A stretch of DNA of 64,000 nt from Octopus vulgaris (Eukaryota): the NCBI GenBank assembly GCA_951406725.2, contig OX597823.1, forward strand, positions 67,766,001-67,830,000, in the 5' to 3' direction. The position numbers and the translations under genes are program-made. Numbering within the stretch: the first letter of the stretch is position 1; every line of letters begins with the position of its first letter. The notes beneath the pieces were generated by a model. It saw only the letters and a program-made list of their open reading frames with translations. It was not told the DNA's origin and ran no database searches. Of this stretch, positions 63,400 to 64,000 are shown piece by piece.

Positions 63400-63738
63400 C
63401 TGTAACTTACATGAATGTGTTACCTTTGTAGCATTTGACTATAATGCTGCTACACCAGTCATTGGGTATGACTCTCTTGGGCACAACCTGATTGACTATA
63501 CAATTTATGAGACCATAACCTACACTGCCAAATTTTTTAAGCATCTCATGGGTGAATCCTGATGGGCCAAGGGCTTTTTCATCTTCATATCCTTCATGGC
63601 TATATCTACCAAGCTACTGTCTATTCAGATAGTTGGTCTCTCTGTTGGATTCACCTTAGGCAGACTCTCCTCACATGTGTTGTCAACATTTAGGAGCTTT
63701 TCATAGTGGCACTTCCAAGTCTCTTTCTTAGAAGAGTC
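63400..63738 (-). mobile_element. RTE LINE fragment (EN-RT linker and RT start)
   Basis: WKCHYEKLLNV, KALGPSGF..EMLK, IPNDW motifs. Confidence 0.75.
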
Positions 63739-63785
63739 ATGCATACACACACACACACACACACACACTCACACACACACACACA

Positions 63786-64000
63786 CACATGGCTCTGTGG
63801 TAAGAAACTTGCTTCCCAACCACATGGTTCCAGGTTCAGTCCCACTGCATGGCACCTTGGGCGAATGTCTTCTATTACAGGCTCAGGCCAACCAAAACCT
63901 TGTGAGTCGTTTTGGTAGATGGAAACTGAATGAAGCCAGTAGTTTATGTGTGTGTGTATATATATTTGTGTTTTTGTGTCTGTGTTTATCCCCTCCACCA
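63786..64000 (+). mobile_element. SINE family A, truncated by the window end
   Basis: tggctctgtggtaag...ggcaccttgggcgaatg...ggaaactgaatgaagcc. Confidence 0.9.

Overview
AT-rich, repeat-dominated eukaryotic DNA, intronic or intergenic. The SINE/LINE families and the density of (TA)n/(CA)n tracts best fit an octopod cephalopod genome (inference, not searched). I found no intact protein-coding gene; most ORFs in the track are microsatellite or repeat artefacts, and there is one weak exon candidate (9778-9906). Recognisable content: three decayed Tc1/mariner elements with TIRs (two mariner, one DD37D maT-like), RTE LINE fragments and many RTE 3' ends carrying a variable array of ~60-67 bp hairpin units, single R4/Dong-, HERO- and CR1-type LINE fragments, two Penelope-like (PLE) remnants, tRNA-derived SINEs, MITEs, a Helitron-like element and a 16-bp minisatellite. 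The main hidden signal is about eleven type I hammerhead-ribozyme-like motifs from several unrelated short elements, most sitting in (TA)n tracts, some with long stem II inserts and palindromic stem III. Also notable: a young bipartite RTE element with a perfect 12-bp TSD, a tRNA-SINE head inside a HERO LINE 3' UTR, and short local duplications, one held between inverted element ends. All alignments and folds were done by eye.
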